Origin: Chlamydiales bacterium
Lineage (GTDB): Bacteria > Chlamydiota > Chlamydiia > Chlamydiales > JACKPQ01
Direction of reading: 5' to 3'
Assembly (NCBI GenBank): GCA_024233455.1
Contig: JACKPP010000002.1
Location: 98,825-162,824, forward strand
Length of the DNA: 64,000 nucleotides
The notes beneath the pieces are model-generated. The model saw nothing but the letters and a program-made list of their open reading frames with translations. It made no database searches and was not told the origin of the DNA. The position numbers and the translations under genes were made by a program. Positions 62,681 to 64,000 of the stretch are shown in pieces; position 1 is the first letter of the stretch, and every line of letters starts with the position of its first letter.

Positions 62681-64000
62681 TTAACCACCGTGCCTAGCTA
62701 AAATAACGTTGATCAAACTACCAGCCAAAATCCATTCCTTTTCTCTCTCTGATAGAGCGTGCCTAACCTTAAAGGTGGTATTTTTAGTGATATTTTTGAC
62801 TTCAAAAGGTTGATCGCTACTTAAAGCTTGATGAGTATCAGGAATTTCTAAAACATCTTCCTGATCAATGCCGTCGTAATCTTTAGGATTGTCAAAAACA
62901 AGTGGCAATACACCAAAGTTGCAAAGATTTTGGCGATGGATACGCGCGTAGGATTTGGCAATGACTGCGCGCAAACCTAGATAGCGCGGAGCAATAACTG
63001 CGTGCTCACGCGACGAGCCTTGGCCGTAGTTTTTACCACCCACGATCATACTTCCCTTTTCCTGGTATTTCATTGCCCGGTCGTAGTAGGTTTCGTCCAC
63101 TTGAGAGTAGGTAAATTTGGCAATCTCGGGGATATTGCTGCGGAAAGGTAGCACCTTTGAGCCTGCAGGACAGATTTCATCGGTAGAAATGTTGTCACCT
63201 ACTTTAAGTAAAACTGGTCCTTTCATATGCTTTTCCAGCGGATAAAATTTGGGCAATGGCTTGATATTAGGTCCCATAATCAGTTCACGAGGCGCGCCAT
63301 CTTTAGGCGGCGGAGTGAGAGCATCGATAATCTCTTGAGCTTCGGGCTCTTTAAATTCTGGGTATTTAACGCCATTTTCTTTGGCCCAGTCCCTGGGATC
63401 GGTGATGACACCGGTTAGGGCTGATGCCGCAGCAACTTCTGGGCTGCAGAGATAAACTTGGTCTTCCTTGGTGCCAGAGCGGCCAGGAAAGTTGCGCGGG
63501 ACGGTACGAAGTGAAATCTTGCCAGTCGCTGGCGCCTGACCCATACCAATGCAACCATTGCAGCCCGCTTGGTGGATCCTAGCTCCTGCGCGAATAAGGG
63601 AGGATAGATAGCCATCAGTGGTCAAATTTTCGAGCATTTGACGTGAGGCAGGATTGATATCGAAAGACACCTGAGGCTGAGTTTGTCTACCCTCAACCAT
63701 GAAAGCTGGAATGGCAAAATCTTTAAGTCCAGGATTGGCAGAAGAGCCGATCATACATTGGAATACAGGGCGGCCGGCAACTTCCCTTACCTTCACCACG
63801 TTACCAGGACTTGTGGGACAGGCAATTAAGGGTTCAAGCGTCGATAAGTCAATATCATCATGCTCATCGTAGGTTGCATCGGGATCTGCCACAAGCTCCA
63901 CAAAATCTTTCTCTCTGCCTTGCTGAGCCATAAACTTACGCACATTTTCATCTGCTGGAAAAACAGTTGCTGTAGCGCCAAGCTCTGCGCCCATGTTAGC
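62681..64000 (-). CDS. acn: aconitate hydratase, C-terminal ~439 aa (N-terminus beyond right edge)
   Basis: The sequence ..(AN)MGAELGATATVFPAD.. continues open to position 64000. The swivel-domain block is GGKNYGQGSSREHAVIAPRYLGLRAVIAKSYARIHRQNLCNFGVLPL. The M at 63994 is internal, not the start. Confidence 0.9.
   Translation of the reverse strand, partial: ANMGAELGATATVFPADENVRKFMAQQGREKDFVELVADPDATYDEHDDIDLSTLEPLIACPTSPGNVVKVREVAGRPVFQCMIGSSANPGLKDFAIPAFMVEGRQTQPQVSFDINPASRQMLENLTTDGYLSSLIRAGARIHQAGCNGCIGMGQAPATGKISLRTVPRNFPGRSGTKEDQVYLCSPEVAAASALTGVITDPRDWAKENGVKYPEFKEPEAQEIIDALTPPPKDGAPRELIMGPNIKPLPKFYPLEKHMKGPVLLKVGDNISTDEICPAGSKVLPFRSNIPEIAKFTYSQVDETYYDRAMKYQEKGSMIVGGKNYGQGSSREHAVIAPRYLGLRAVIAKSYARIHRQNLCNFGVLPLVFDNPKDYDGIDQEDVLEIPDTHQALSSDQPFEVKNITKNTTFKVRHALSEREKEWILAGSLINVILARHGG

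Overview
This is a gene-dense 64-kb bacterial chromosomal segment with about 60 protein genes and 4 tRNAs. I saw no rRNA, CRISPR array, intact IS element or prophage. All calls rest on reading the supplied translations and the DNA by eye; no database search was run. The ORF track renders TTG and GTG starts as M, so many 5' ends were re-trimmed to the first ATG that fits family N-termini, Shine-Dalgarno sequences or neighbour spacing.

Housekeeping genes:
- leuS-waaA (ATGA-coupled) followed by tRNA-fMet and tRNA-Met
- smpB, dnaN-recF, pgi, tRNA-Pro
- tRNA-Leu followed by trmB
- rlmN, mutM, glmS
- class-I aldolase fbaB coupled to a sugar porter
- oppBCDF
- a partial aconitase at the right edge

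Lineage is inference only. The gene content, the leuS-waaA(gseA) adjacency and the many eukaryote-type proteins (ankyrin, LRR, U-box-like, PPPDE-like) suggest an environmental Chlamydia-like intracellular bacterium. The outer-membrane families (porin-like, inverse autotransporter) fit the same picture.

Most interesting observations:
1. A 2.7-kb GH95 glycosidase cassette is inserted exactly in the umuC-mutM junction. It is bracketed by an ~81-bp direct repeat and leaves a 29-codon mutM ghost.
2. An apparent 4-gene envelope operon is built around an atypical FtsH. It has a signal-like N-terminus, no second TM, a degenerate plus a canonical AAA module, and an M41 protease. It is preceded by a stand-alone secreted copy of its N-terminal domain and followed by two porin paralogues.
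3. Two paralogous inverse autotransporters with beta-helix passengers flank an N-terminally short mgtE-like gene.
4. Four direct copies of TGGCCGTATT lie upstream of an amino-acid antiporter gene.
5. A 186-bp element bounded by 28-nt inverted repeats spans the stop codons of two convergent genes.
6. Low-GC pockets encode candidate host-directed effectors: a U-box-like membrane protein, a 12-13-repeat ankyrin protein, an LRR protein with a DUF4258-type toxin-like C-terminus, and a His/Cys PPPDE-like protein.
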